Positions 18,652 to 27,553 of a DNA stretch of 64,000 nt are shown one piece after another. Each line of letters starts with the position of its first letter. Positions within the stretch are counted from its first letter, which is position 1. The translations under genes and the position numbers were made by a program. Origin of the DNA: Dehalococcoidia bacterium (GTDB lineage Bacteria; Chloroflexota; Dehalococcoidia; Lucifugimonadales; SAR202-VII-2); NCBI GenBank assembly GCA_965226745.1, contig CBDDDS010000003.1, positions 230,520 through 294,519 on the forward strand. Reading direction: 5' to 3'. The notes under the pieces are model-generated. The model searched no databases. It worked only from the letters and a program-made list of their open reading frames with translations, and was not told the origin of the DNA.

Positions 18652-20127
18652 ATGACAGATAATTCCGCGGACTCCAACAAAGTGCACAAGGAATCGGACA
18701 CGGACACGCTTCCGTCCGTGATCGATAAGCTTGGCGAAATCGCGAGAGCCGCGAGTGGCGGTTCTTTTGTATTTCGAGATGAGCCGAAATACTACCCGGA
18801 AATTTCATCTAGCCTTTACCGAGAGTATAGAACGATGCTCATACCTCTTGGTGATGATGGGTTCGATATCCGTCATGTGGAAGGCGAGATTCTTACCGCC
18901 GCCGCCCGCTACGTTGACGACCTTACACCAGAGGACCTACTAAGCCAGCTCCAACACTACGGTTATCCTACAAACCTGGTTGACTTCACTGCTGACTATC
19001 TCAATGCGCTCTTCTTCGCCTGCCCCAGTGAGCCGAAAAACGATGGTCGCGTAATACTCCTTAACACTGACACCAACCTACTCTTGCGCATGCGGGCCCC
19101 TGCGAACCGTATCAAGGCACAGAAGAGCGTTTTCGTTAGCCCTCCTACAGGGGTCGTCAATCCGGGCCATATTATCTGCTTCCCGAGCGCTCTAAAACTT
19201 CCCATGCTTGAATATCTCAGTTCTTATCACGACATTTCAGCGCAGACGATCCACGACGATATTCAAGGCTTTATCAAGAACGCCGAAATTCACCGAAGTG
19301 CGTACGCGGAGTTTCATATGGGCGGGCTTCACTTGAGCCAAGGACATTTTGAAGAAGCTCTTAGACATTACAACCGTTCAATTGAGTTGAACAGTTACCA
19401 ACAAGCTTCATTCGCAAACCGAGCAGTAACGTTCATAAAAATGAAGAAATACGGTGATGGCATTCAAGATTTCTCTCGAGTGATCACCCTGGATCGCCAT
19501 GATGCGCGGGCGTACCAGGAAAGGGAACGGGCTTACTGGGACAGCGGACAACCGGAGTTGGGGGAGCAGGACTATAGCGAGGCGATACGGCTTGACGAAC
19601 GGCTGGAGGGTGCCTACATTGGGCGTTCTGCCTGTCGTGTAAATCGTAGGGACATCGACGGGGCGATGCAAGACTTAAACTTCGTAATCGACGTGAATCC
19701 CAAGAGCAGCGCAGCATACAAGGGAAGGGGTGTCGCCTTTATGACGGTTGGCAATTACCGATCGGCCCTGGAGGACATAAGTAGTGCGATAGAGATTGAC
19801 CCAACCGATCCGTTCGCCTACATGGGCCGAGCTGTAGTCCACTTTAATATGGGACAATCCCAGGATGCCGTAGATGACTTCGGCAGGCACCTCAGTTTAG
19901 GTGGTGACGACCCGGCCGAGGCCTACTTTCTCCGGGGTATTGCTCTGGTCACCTTGGGAAAGTTTGAGGAAGCGCGTGCAGACCTAGAGACCGCCTTGGG
20001 GCAGGATCCATTTGTTGCTAAACGGGTGATCGCGAAAGTAAGCGACCTCGTCGGCGGGAGCGACAGCCTTATATTGCAGGATGAGGTGCCTGCCGACATT
20101 CTAGAGATGCTAAAACCTGCAGAATAG
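18652..20127 (+). CDS. FRG domain - TPR repeat protein
   Basis: N-terminal FRG-domain hallmarks (FVFRDEPKYY..SSLYRE, LQHYGYPTNLVDFT, RIKAQKSVFV), followed by about seven TPR repeats (aa ~220-470). Confidence 0.75.
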   Translation: MTDNSADSNKVHKESDTDTLPSVIDKLGEIARAASGGSFVFRDEPKYYPEISSSLYREYRTMLIPLGDDGFDIRHVEGEILTAAARYVDDLTPEDLLSQLQHYGYPTNLVDFTADYLNALFFACPSEPKNDGRVILLNTDTNLLLRMRAPANRIKAQKSVFVSPPTGVVNPGHIICFPSALKLPMLEYLSSYHDISAQTIHDDIQGFIKNAEIHRSAYAEFHMGGLHLSQGHFEEALRHYNRSIELNSYQQASFANRAVTFIKMKKYGDGIQDFSRVITLDRHDARAYQERERAYWDSGQPELGEQDYSEAIRLDERLEGAYIGRSACRVNRRDIDGAMQDLNFVIDVNPKSSAAYKGRGVAFMTVGNYRSALEDISSAIEIDPTDPFAYMGRAVVHFNMGQSQDAVDDFGRHLSLGGDDPAEAYFLRGIALVTLGKFEEARADLETALGQDPFVAKRVIAKVSDLVGGSDSLILQDEVPADILEMLKPAE

Positions 20128-20176
20128 CGGCCCAGGGCAAAACAAGACCATCCCCTCCCGCCCCACCACCGCCCCC

Positions 20177-20567
20177 TTGCAAAATAAGAACGAGTGTGCT
20201 ATAATGTCCCCATGAAGTGGGCAGCCGGCCCGCTTCTCTTTCTCGGAGCCTGCCGCATACGTTTAGCACTGTGGGCTAACCATAGAGAATCCCCCTGTGG
20301 CAGGGGCGCTGAGGGAACAACCCAAGGGGCAAGACCCTCCGAGGAAGGTTGGGACCGGAGCCAATGCCGTTATAAGGCACAGGCTGCTTGGAGCTATCCC
20401 GCTCCATTACGGTTCCGTTACGGTTCGTTACGGGGCCATTACGGTTCCTTTACAGATCCCTTACAGCTTCATTACTGCTAGTTACGCCTTGTTACGCCCT
20501 CTGTTACGGCTTCGTGCCTGCAACCCCCGAAATCCGGCTGGCCAGTGTAACAACAAACAATCAAAGG
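20177..20567 (+). ncRNA. copy B of dispersed promoter + core + phased-repeat element
   Basis: -35 TTGCAA 20177-20182, 17-nt spacer, TGTGCTATAAT (TATAAT 20200-20205). Core to 20405, repeats 20406-20513, and 3' modules CGTGCCTGCAACCCCCGAAATCCGGCTG and ACAAACAATCAAAGG. Confidence 0.6.
20406..20513 (+). repeat. phased short repeats, (G/A/T/C)TTAC core, 10 units
   Basis: TTAC starts are spaced 11,10,11,11,11,11,10,10,12 nt. The core is the reverse complement of the GTAAC core of copies A, C and E. Confidence 0.9.
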
Positions 20568-20705
20568 CCTAACCTGCCCCCGGCAAATCCCCCCATCCCT
20601 TCCCTCCACTACGGGCGGAGGTTACGATGGGAGTCTCCCGCCTGGCCTTGGACCCAACGTCCCTGGGAAAGAGAGCTGGCGGGGAGCGGGACAGCGGGAA
20701 GGAGC

Positions 20706-21743
20706 TTGAACAACCCCATTACGCTGAGCTTCGTTGACCAGTCGCCGATACGACGGGGCGGCGCCGCTGCCGATGCGCTTCGGGAGACGGTTGAGTTGGC
20801 CCGCCTGGCTGAGGAGGCGGGGTACGCCCGCTACTGGGTCGCCGAGCACCACAACACGCCTGCGTTCGCGGGAACGAGCCCGGAAATCCTCATTGGGCAG
20901 ATTGCCGCGCACACGGACCACATCCGGGTTGGCAGCGGCGGCGTGATGCTGACGCACTACTCGGCGCTGAAGGTGGCCGAGCAGTTCAGCGTCCTGAACA
21001 GCTTCTATCCGGGCCGCATAGACCTTGGCATTGGCCGCGCCCCCGGCAGCGACCGCCGCACGGCCCTGGCCCTGGCGGATCCCCGCCCGTTGGTGGACGT
21101 GGAGGGGTTTCCGGGGCAGGTGCTGGACCTGCTGGCCTATCTGCAGGGCGGTACCTACGATGGCAACCCGTTCGAGGGAGTCAAGGCGCATCCGGGGCCT
21201 GTGTCCGAGTCTCCGCCGGAGATCTGGCTTCTGGGCTCCAGCGACTACAGCGCGAGGCTTGCCGCGATGATGGGGCTCCCGTTCGCCTTTGCCGAATTCT
21301 TTGGCGTGACCGGGGCGACGGGGCCCACGGTGGCCAAGCTCTACCACGACCTCTTCAAGCCGTCGAGGTTCCTGTCTGAGCCGAGGATCAACGTGGCGCT
21401 GCAAGTCGTGTGCGCCCCAACGACGGAGGAGGCGCAGTTCATCGCCTCGAGCCGGCAGATGATGCGGGCCGACCGCTATTTGCAGCTTGGCGTTGGCCCG
21501 GGCATGATCCCACCCGAGGAAGCGTCGGTGTTCCCGTTAACGGAGGAGCAGCGGGCGTTCCTGGCGCGGTTCAGAAACCGGGAGATAGACGGAGACCCGG
21601 AGACGGTGCGGGAGGGTATCCTTCAGGCCGCCGAGGACTTTGGCTCCACGGACATTGGCATCGTAACCAACTGCTACCGGTTCGAGGACCGGGCGCGCTC
21701 GCTGCAACTGGTGGCGGAGGCGATGGGGGTGGGGAGGGGGTAG
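20706..21743 (+). CDS. LLM class flavin-dependent oxidoreductase
   Basis: TTG start after GGAAGGAG. ARYWVAEHHNTPAFAG and GRIDLGIGRAPG motifs. The upstream part of the 20388 ORF runs through element B and was rejected. Confidence 0.8.
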   Translation: MNNPITLSFVDQSPIRRGGAAADALRETVELARLAEEAGYARYWVAEHHNTPAFAGTSPEILIGQIAAHTDHIRVGSGGVMLTHYSALKVAEQFSVLNSFYPGRIDLGIGRAPGSDRRTALALADPRPLVDVEGFPGQVLDLLAYLQGGTYDGNPFEGVKAHPGPVSESPPEIWLLGSSDYSARLAAMMGLPFAFAEFFGVTGATGPTVAKLYHDLFKPSRFLSEPRINVALQVVCAPTTEEAQFIASSRQMMRADRYLQLGVGPGMIPPEEASVFPLTEEQRAFLARFRNREIDGDPETVREGILQAAEDFGSTDIGIVTNCYRFEDRARSLQLVAEAMGVGRG

Positions 21744-21809
21744 GGGCGGTTGTCTCGCTGCGTTCTCCGGGAACGCAACTTCGCCGGTTGCCGTCATGGT
21801 GGTGCGTCG

Positions 21810-22685
21810 TCAGGCGTTGGGGGCGATGCAGAAGGCTAGGCCCAGGAGGCCGGGCCCGGTGTGCGCCCCGATGACCGGGGAGAACTCCGTCAGCAGAATG
21901 TCCTCGCAGCGGAACTCCCGCCCCACGAGCTCCCTCAGCGCTTCGGCTTCTTCCTGGGCATCTGCGTGGATGACGTTCATCAGAACGGGATTGTCGCCGA
22001 CCTTGTCATGGGCCAAGATGGCCAGCCGCTCCAGCGCCCGGCGGCGGGTGCGGGGGCGTTCCAGTCGGCGGACTTCCCCTCCGGGCGCCATTTCCAGAAT
22101 CGGTTTGACCTGAAGCAGGTCGCCGAGCCAGGTTGCCGCCCGGGGGACGTGCCCTCCCTTGCCCACGTAATGGAGGGTATCCAACGCCGCCAGCATGTAC
22201 GACCGTTCCCTCAAAGTTGCAACGAGAGCCTCCACCTGGCCGGCGTCGGCGTCGGGGTCTGCGCGTCGGGCGGCGGCGACAAGGAGCACCGCCTGGGCGC
22301 CCGCCGCCGTGCCGCTGTCGAGGATGCGGAGGTCGATCTCAGGGCGCCGTTGGAGGAACACCTCGGCGGCGGTGTTGGCGGCGTCGAGGGCGGCGCTGTA
22401 TCTACGGGACACCACCACGCAGACGATGCCCCTCGCCGTTGCCGCCGCCGCTTCAAAGGCGGCAACGAAGCTGGCCGGGTCGGGGGCTGAGGTGAGCGGC
22501 TGAGGCGCGCCGGCCCTGAGCCTTCGGTAAAGCTCGCCGGCGGTGATGTCCACCCCATCCCGATAGGACTGGCCCTCCATGGTGACGTGCATGGGGGCAA
22601 CGTGGATTCCCAGGTTCTCGGCGAAGTCCAGGGGAAGGGAAACGGTGCTGTCGGTGACGATGGCCGTGGCTCGGGGGACGGTCAT
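21810..22685 (-). CDS. DegV family fatty-acid-binding protein
   Basis: MTVPRATAIVTDSTVSLP start and DegV-like pattern throughout. The N-terminal extension of the 417-aa ORF is P/R-rich and unlikely to be translated. Confidence 0.85.
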   Translation of the reverse strand: MTVPRATAIVTDSTVSLPLDFAENLGIHVAPMHVTMEGQSYRDGVDITAGELYRRLRAGAPQPLTSAPDPASFVAAFEAAAATARGIVCVVVSRRYSAALDAANTAAEVFLQRRPEIDLRILDSGTAAGAQAVLLVAAARRADPDADAGQVEALVATLRERSYMLAALDTLHYVGKGGHVPRAATWLGDLLQVKPILEMAPGGEVRRLERPRTRRRALERLAILAHDKVGDNPVLMNVIHADAQEEAEALRELVGREFRCEDILLTEFSPVIGAHTGPGLLGLAFCIAPNA

Positions 22686-22777
22686 GGGTGGAGGGTACAC
22701 GATGTCGGTGTGCTTGGGCGGAGGCCCCTCGGCGGGGGGCCGGCCTGCGAAAGGTGGCCGGGCGCTGGCGCAGAGGG

Positions 22778-23806
22778 CTACTTGAAGTGCGGCATGACCT
22801 TCTCGGCCATGAGCCGCATGGAGTCCCTGACGACGCCGTCCTCGAGGCTGCCGAGGTTGAGATAGCAGTTCAACTGCGTCATGCCGGAGACGTCGAGGTA
22901 CTCCTGGATGCGTTCGCGGACTCGTTCCGGGCTGCCGGCGATGGTGTGGGTATTGTACAGGTCTTCCAGGGATGGCTCGTCCTCCATGGGGGCGGCGTGG
23001 GCGACGCCGGCCTCCACGTTCACCGTTCCCAGCCGGAGCCGGTTGGAGTGGCGGTGATGCCACAGCGAGTGGTCTAACCGCGTTTTGGCCTCCGCGTCGG
23101 TTGGGGCCACGTGGACGTGTTGTTGCACGGCGAACTCGGTGGCGTGGGGGGACGCGCCGTGCTGTGCTCGAGCGCTTTCGAGGACGGCGGCAGTCTCCTC
23201 GAGGGCGCTTATGGGGCGCGTCGAAGTGGTGGTGAACAGGTTCATGCCCCGGCGCACGGCGCTTTCAACGCTTTCCTTGCTTGTGGCCGCGAGCCAGATG
23301 GGCGGGTGCGGCTGCTGCGCCGGCCTGGGATAGGTGGTGGTTTCGGCCAGGGCGTAGTACGGGCCCTCGTGGGTGAAGCCCACCGTGGATAGCGCTTTCA
23401 GCAGCACGTCCAACGTATCGTCGGATAGGGCGCGGCTCTGCGAGATGTCGAGCCCCAGGCGTTGGAACTCGTAGGGTTGGTAGCCCCTGGCTACACCAAC
23501 GTCCAGCCGTCCTTCGGTGAGCACATCGGCGAGGGCGATGTCTTCCGCCAGTCTCAGTGGATGCCAGAAGGGAAGGACGATGACCGCAGTGCCGATGCGG
23601 ACGCGCCGGGTAACCTGGGCGGCCTTGACGGCCAGCATCAGGGGATTGGGGCAGTAGCCGTAGTTGGAGAAGTGGTGCTCGGCGATCCAGACGGAGTCGA
23701 AACCGAGGTCGTCGGCGTATTGCATTTGACCGAGCGCCTGGGCGTAGACCTCTCCGGTGGGGCGGGCGAGAGGCGACTGCAAGAGGAAGAAGGCGCCGAA
23801 TTTCAT
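22778..23806 (-). CDS. LLM class flavin-dependent oxidoreductase
   Basis: 342 aa, with FDSVWIAEHHFSNYG and GRLDVGVARG. Confidence 0.85.
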   Translation of the reverse strand: MKFGAFFLLQSPLARPTGEVYAQALGQMQYADDLGFDSVWIAEHHFSNYGYCPNPLMLAVKAAQVTRRVRIGTAVIVLPFWHPLRLAEDIALADVLTEGRLDVGVARGYQPYEFQRLGLDISQSRALSDDTLDVLLKALSTVGFTHEGPYYALAETTTYPRPAQQPHPPIWLAATSKESVESAVRRGMNLFTTTSTRPISALEETAAVLESARAQHGASPHATEFAVQQHVHVAPTDAEAKTRLDHSLWHHRHSNRLRLGTVNVEAGVAHAAPMEDEPSLEDLYNTHTIAGSPERVRERIQEYLDVSGMTQLNCYLNLGSLEDGVVRDSMRLMAEKVMPHFK

Positions 23807-23839
23807 GCGGTGCGCTCGGGGTTCTCGCTGTAGTTTTTC

Positions 23840-23942
23840 TAGCGGTTGTTGCGCGGCCCCATCCTAACCTTCCCCCACACTCGGGAGAAGGGATGGGATG
23901 CTCTCGCCTTGCTCTTGTAACTAGCGTTCCTGGGGAGTACAG
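23840..23942 (-). terminator. post-stop element (palindromic motif + hairpin) after sucC
   Basis: GTACTCCCCAGGAAC lies 5 nt after the stop. Hairpin CCATCCTAACCTTCCC / GGGAGAAGGGATGGGATGG. Confidence 0.5.
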
Positions 23943-25103
23943 CTAGCCGGCGGTTACCTCGCGCACCTTGTCGGCGGCCTCGGCGAGGGTATCTGCGAAC
24001 AGCACCTTCAGGCCGGACTCGGCCAGCAGGCGCCGGCCCTCCTCCACATTGGTTCCGAGCATCCTCACCACGAGCGGGATCTCGACGCCACCTTCCTGGT
24101 CGGCCTGGATGATGCCCCTGGCAACGATGTCGCAGCGCAGGATGCCGCCGAAGATGTTGACGAGGATGGCCTCGACGTTGGGGTCCTTGAGTATCAGCCG
24201 GATGGCGTTGGCGACCTTGGCCTCGTCGGCGGAGCCCCCGACGTCGAGGAAGTTGGCCGGGGCGGCGCCGGCCATGAGCGCCGTGTCCATCGTTGCCATG
24301 GCGAGGCCCGCGCCGTTGACCAGGCAGCCGACGTTGCCGTCCAGGCGGATGTACTGCACCTGGTATTCGGTGGCCTCCGCTTCCAAGGGGTCTTCCTGGG
24401 CCCGGTCGCGCAGCTCGATGAGGGAGGGATGGCGGAACAGGGCGTCGTCTTCCAGGGTGATCTTGGCGTCCACGCACAAGAGTCTTCCGTCCCCGGTGAC
24501 CACCAGCGGATTGATCTCCAGCATGGAGCAATCGTTGGCTTGAAACAGGGTGAACAGCTTCACCAGCATGGACGAGGCGGCATTGACCAGGCCGGGATCG
24601 ATGCCCATGCCGTACGCCAGGCGTCGTCCCTGAAAGGGAAAGAGGCCGAGCGCGGGATCGACGACCTCCTGAAGGATCTTCTCAGGGTTGGTTTCCGCCA
24701 CTTCCTCGATCTCCATCCCCCCGGCCTCGCTGGCGATGACGACGGGGCCGCCGACGGCTCTGTCCACGAGGATGCCGACGTAGAGTTCTTTGGCCACGAC
24801 GATGGTCTCCTCTACGAGGAGTTGCCCCACGGGCGCTCCTTCGGGGCCTGTCTGGTGGGTGGTGAGGTTGGAGCCCAAGAGCCTGGTGGCTATCTCACGG
24901 GCCTCGTCCGGTGTGGACACGACCTTGACGCCCCCCGCCTTTCCCCGGCCCCCGGCGTGGACCTGCGCTTTGACGACTGCCGTGCCGCCGAGGCTGGCCA
25001 GGATCCGGACTGCGTCGTCAGGGGTGAGCGCGACCTCGCCTGTGGGGACGGGGACGCCGGCCTCGCGGAGCATTGCTTTGGCCTGGTATTCGTGGAGCTT
25101 CAC
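23943..25103 (-). CDS. sucC: succinate--CoA ligase (ADP-forming) beta subunit
   Basis: GTG start giving (M)KLHEYQAKAMLREAGVPVP. ATP-grasp plus ligase-CoA domains. No sucD is adjacent. Confidence 0.9.
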   Translation of the reverse strand: MKLHEYQAKAMLREAGVPVPTGEVALTPDDAVRILASLGGTAVVKAQVHAGGRGKAGGVKVVSTPDEAREIATRLLGSNLTTHQTGPEGAPVGQLLVEETIVVAKELYVGILVDRAVGGPVVIASEAGGMEIEEVAETNPEKILQEVVDPALGLFPFQGRRLAYGMGIDPGLVNAASSMLVKLFTLFQANDCSMLEINPLVVTGDGRLLCVDAKITLEDDALFRHPSLIELRDRAQEDPLEAEATEYQVQYIRLDGNVGCLVNGAGLAMATMDTALMAGAAPANFLDVGGSADEAKVANAIRLILKDPNVEAILVNIFGGILRCDIVARGIIQADQEGGVEIPLVVRMLGTNVEEGRRLLAESGLKVLFADTLAEAADKVREVTAG

Positions 25104-25355
25104 TAGTGGCCTACCTCTGTGATCTTCCGTGATCTTTCTTGTGGGGGCATGTTTGCCGGGCGGTGCGCCTCGCCGCCGCACGATGGCCGCCCGAAAGATT
25201 GTAGCCTCGGTGTTAGGCGGTGTCCACACGGCGGCTGGGGTAGCAGAATCAGGCGGACAATGGTTTGGGAACACCTTCCGTAGTCATTGACAGGGGGCAG
25301 GCCGCCGATTATCGTTGTGAAATCATTTTGGCCTGGGTGACGGGAGGGGTTGTTG

Positions 25356-26126
25356 ATGGCGTTGCAGGGGCAGGTCGCCGTGATAACGGGATCGGCCAAG
25401 GGAGTTGGCAGGTATGCAGCCCACTCCCTTGCAGGGGCGGGCGCCAACATCGTCATCGCCGACATTGAAGACGCCGCCAAAATGGAACGGGTCGCCGGCG
25501 AGGTCCGTGAGCTTGGCGCTGAAGCGCTGGTCGTGAATGCAGACGTCAGGGACGACGGACAGGTGAAGGCGCTCATGGACAGGGCCGCTTCTCACTTCGG
25601 GCGCGTCGACATCCTTCTTAACAACGCCGCTATCGTGACTCACTTTCAGTGGGGAGTGCCCATTTGGCCGCCAGTGCGGGACATGGAGAAGTCCTTTTGG
25701 GACAAGGTGATCGATACTAACCTTGGCGGGGCCTTCGCCTGCGCCAAGCACGTCATACCGCACATGGCAAGGCAGGGCGGGGGTCACATCATGAGCGTGG
25801 GCACGGCGCCGAGGGGCGGTACGCCCAGCCGCACCGGCTTTTGCGCCTACGCGGTGTCGAAGGCCGCGGTGGAAGCCTTGACCCGCTTCGTGGCCGCCGA
25901 GGAACGGGAGAATAACATTTGCGTCCTGACCACCCACATCCTGGTGGCCATCGCCACCGAGGAGGCGCCCGAAGAGGCGCAGGCAACAATGAGTGGCCCC
26001 GACGCCGTGGGGGATCTTTTCGTGCTGGGCGCCCAGGCGGGCATGGAATACAGTGGCAACTCAGTCATCGTCGAGGATGGGAAACTTCAGGTCATTCCGT
26101 GGGACACGGGACTGACGAAGCTGTGA
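25356..26126 (+). CDS. SDR family oxidoreductase
   Basis: VAVITGSAKGVGR Rossmann motif and YAVSKAA catalytic motif. Confidence 0.85.
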   Translation: MALQGQVAVITGSAKGVGRYAAHSLAGAGANIVIADIEDAAKMERVAGEVRELGAEALVVNADVRDDGQVKALMDRAASHFGRVDILLNNAAIVTHFQWGVPIWPPVRDMEKSFWDKVIDTNLGGAFACAKHVIPHMARQGGGHIMSVGTAPRGGTPSRTGFCAYAVSKAAVEALTRFVAAEERENNICVLTTHILVAIATEEAPEEAQATMSGPDAVGDLFVLGAQAGMEYSGNSVIVEDGKLQVIPWDTGLTKL

Positions 26127-26220
26127 GGGGTCTGCGGGGGCGTCCGGTTGAACTGCGGGTCTGCTGTGGCTCGCGCAAGAGGCAGGGGATCCGATGATTC
26201 GAATCGAATGGAGGACAGTG

Positions 26221-27435
26221 ATGACGTCATGGAAGGTTTTCATTGGGGTGATGGCGCTGCTGCTGGCGCTTTTGGCGGCTGCCTGCGGCTCCGATCCAAC
26301 GGCAACGCCGCGCCCGACGACGGCGCCGACGGCCACTTCTGTGCCGGCCACCGATACTCCCGCTCCTCCAACGCCGACGCTGAGGCCGGGCGAAACGCCA
26401 CAGCCGACTGCTACCCCGCGTCCGGCTACGCCAACGCCAAGGCCCACGGCGACCGCCGTTCCCACCGAGCCGCCGCCGGAGACCGACTTCTTCGAGGGGA
26501 AGACGATCAGGATACTGGTGGGCTCGGTTCCCGGCGGAGGCTACGACTTTTTCGCCCGCCTCGTCGCCAAGCACATGCCGCAGTACATCCCCGGCAAGCC
26601 GTCCATGATCATTCAGAACATGCCCGGGGCCGGCGGCCTGATTGGCAACAACTTCCTGTACAACGTCGCCAAGCCCGACGGCCTGACCATCTCCCCGATA
26701 CACATGGAGCTCGCGGGGAAGGTGCTCGTTCGAGCGCCCGGCGTCGAGGTCAGATTCGACGACTTGGAGTATCTTGGGCACATTCAGCAGTCCATTCCCA
26801 ACTGTGCGATCACGACATCCGCCGAGGGGGGCGTCAGCACCTTCGAAGAGCTGATAGATGGACCTGAGGTCCCGATGGGGGCGTTCGCCAGCACGACCTT
26901 CTTCGTCGAGCTGCTGAACCAGGCCTTTGGCACCAACCTCAACAACGTGTCGGGTTACGGCGGCACGGGGACGATGTTTGTGGCGGTGGAGCAGGATGAG
27001 GTGCACGGGTTCTGCGGGTACCCGGCGGCCTCCATCATCGGCGCTCGCCCAGATTGGATTTCGTCAGGGTACGTCAAGCCCTTCATTCAATTCTCGCTGG
27101 GAGACCGGGACCCGCTCATTCCCGATACGCCGTCACTGTTTAATGATTTCGCGCATCTGACGACCGAGACCTGGCTGGAGGTTTTCAGGGCGTTGCTCGG
27201 CCCCTACTCAACCTTCAGGCCCTTCGGGGCGCCGCCTGGAACGCCGGAGGACAGAGTCCTAGTCCTGCGGGATGCGTTCTGGAACATGTTGAAGGACCCC
27301 GGCTTCATCAGCGACGCCGAGCGCGTGGGCCGGCCCGTCAATCCGCTGGCCTCCTACGACGAGTTCATCACAGCGCTCCGAGCGAGCTTGCAGGTGTCGG
27401 ATGAGGCGCTGGAGATTATCAGGAAGCTCCCCTAG
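26221..27435 (+). CDS. Bug/TctC-family periplasmic substrate-binding lipoprotein
   Basis: Signal peptide plus lipobox LLAAACGS and a P/T-rich linker. GKTIRILVGSVPGGGYDFFARLVAKHM...MPGAGG is typical of tripartite tricarboxylate transporter receptors. Confidence 0.7.
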   Translation: MTSWKVFIGVMALLLALLAAACGSDPTATPRPTTAPTATSVPATDTPAPPTPTLRPGETPQPTATPRPATPTPRPTATAVPTEPPPETDFFEGKTIRILVGSVPGGGYDFFARLVAKHMPQYIPGKPSMIIQNMPGAGGLIGNNFLYNVAKPDGLTISPIHMELAGKVLVRAPGVEVRFDDLEYLGHIQQSIPNCAITTSAEGGVSTFEELIDGPEVPMGAFASTTFFVELLNQAFGTNLNNVSGYGGTGTMFVAVEQDEVHGFCGYPAASIIGARPDWISSGYVKPFIQFSLGDRDPLIPDTPSLFNDFAHLTTETWLEVFRALLGPYSTFRPFGAPPGTPEDRVLVLRDAFWNMLKDPGFISDAERVGRPVNPLASYDEFITALRASLQVSDEALEIIRKLP

Positions 27436-27553
27436 TAGCCGAAGCCTGCCAAGCGGAGGACCATGTTTGGCCTCCCAACGTAATTGAAAACGCACGCCTT
27501 CGTTGGCGCCGTTGGGCGCCGGCGGGGGCGTGCGTGGTTCCCGGAGGTGGCCG

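Noticed and set aside
20388-20705. N-terminal extension of the LLM oxidoreductase ORF (451-aa form)
   Set aside because: The extension is translated from element copy B (core tail, repeats and 3' module). A TTG start with a GGAAGGAG RBS at 20706 gives a normal-length LLM protein.
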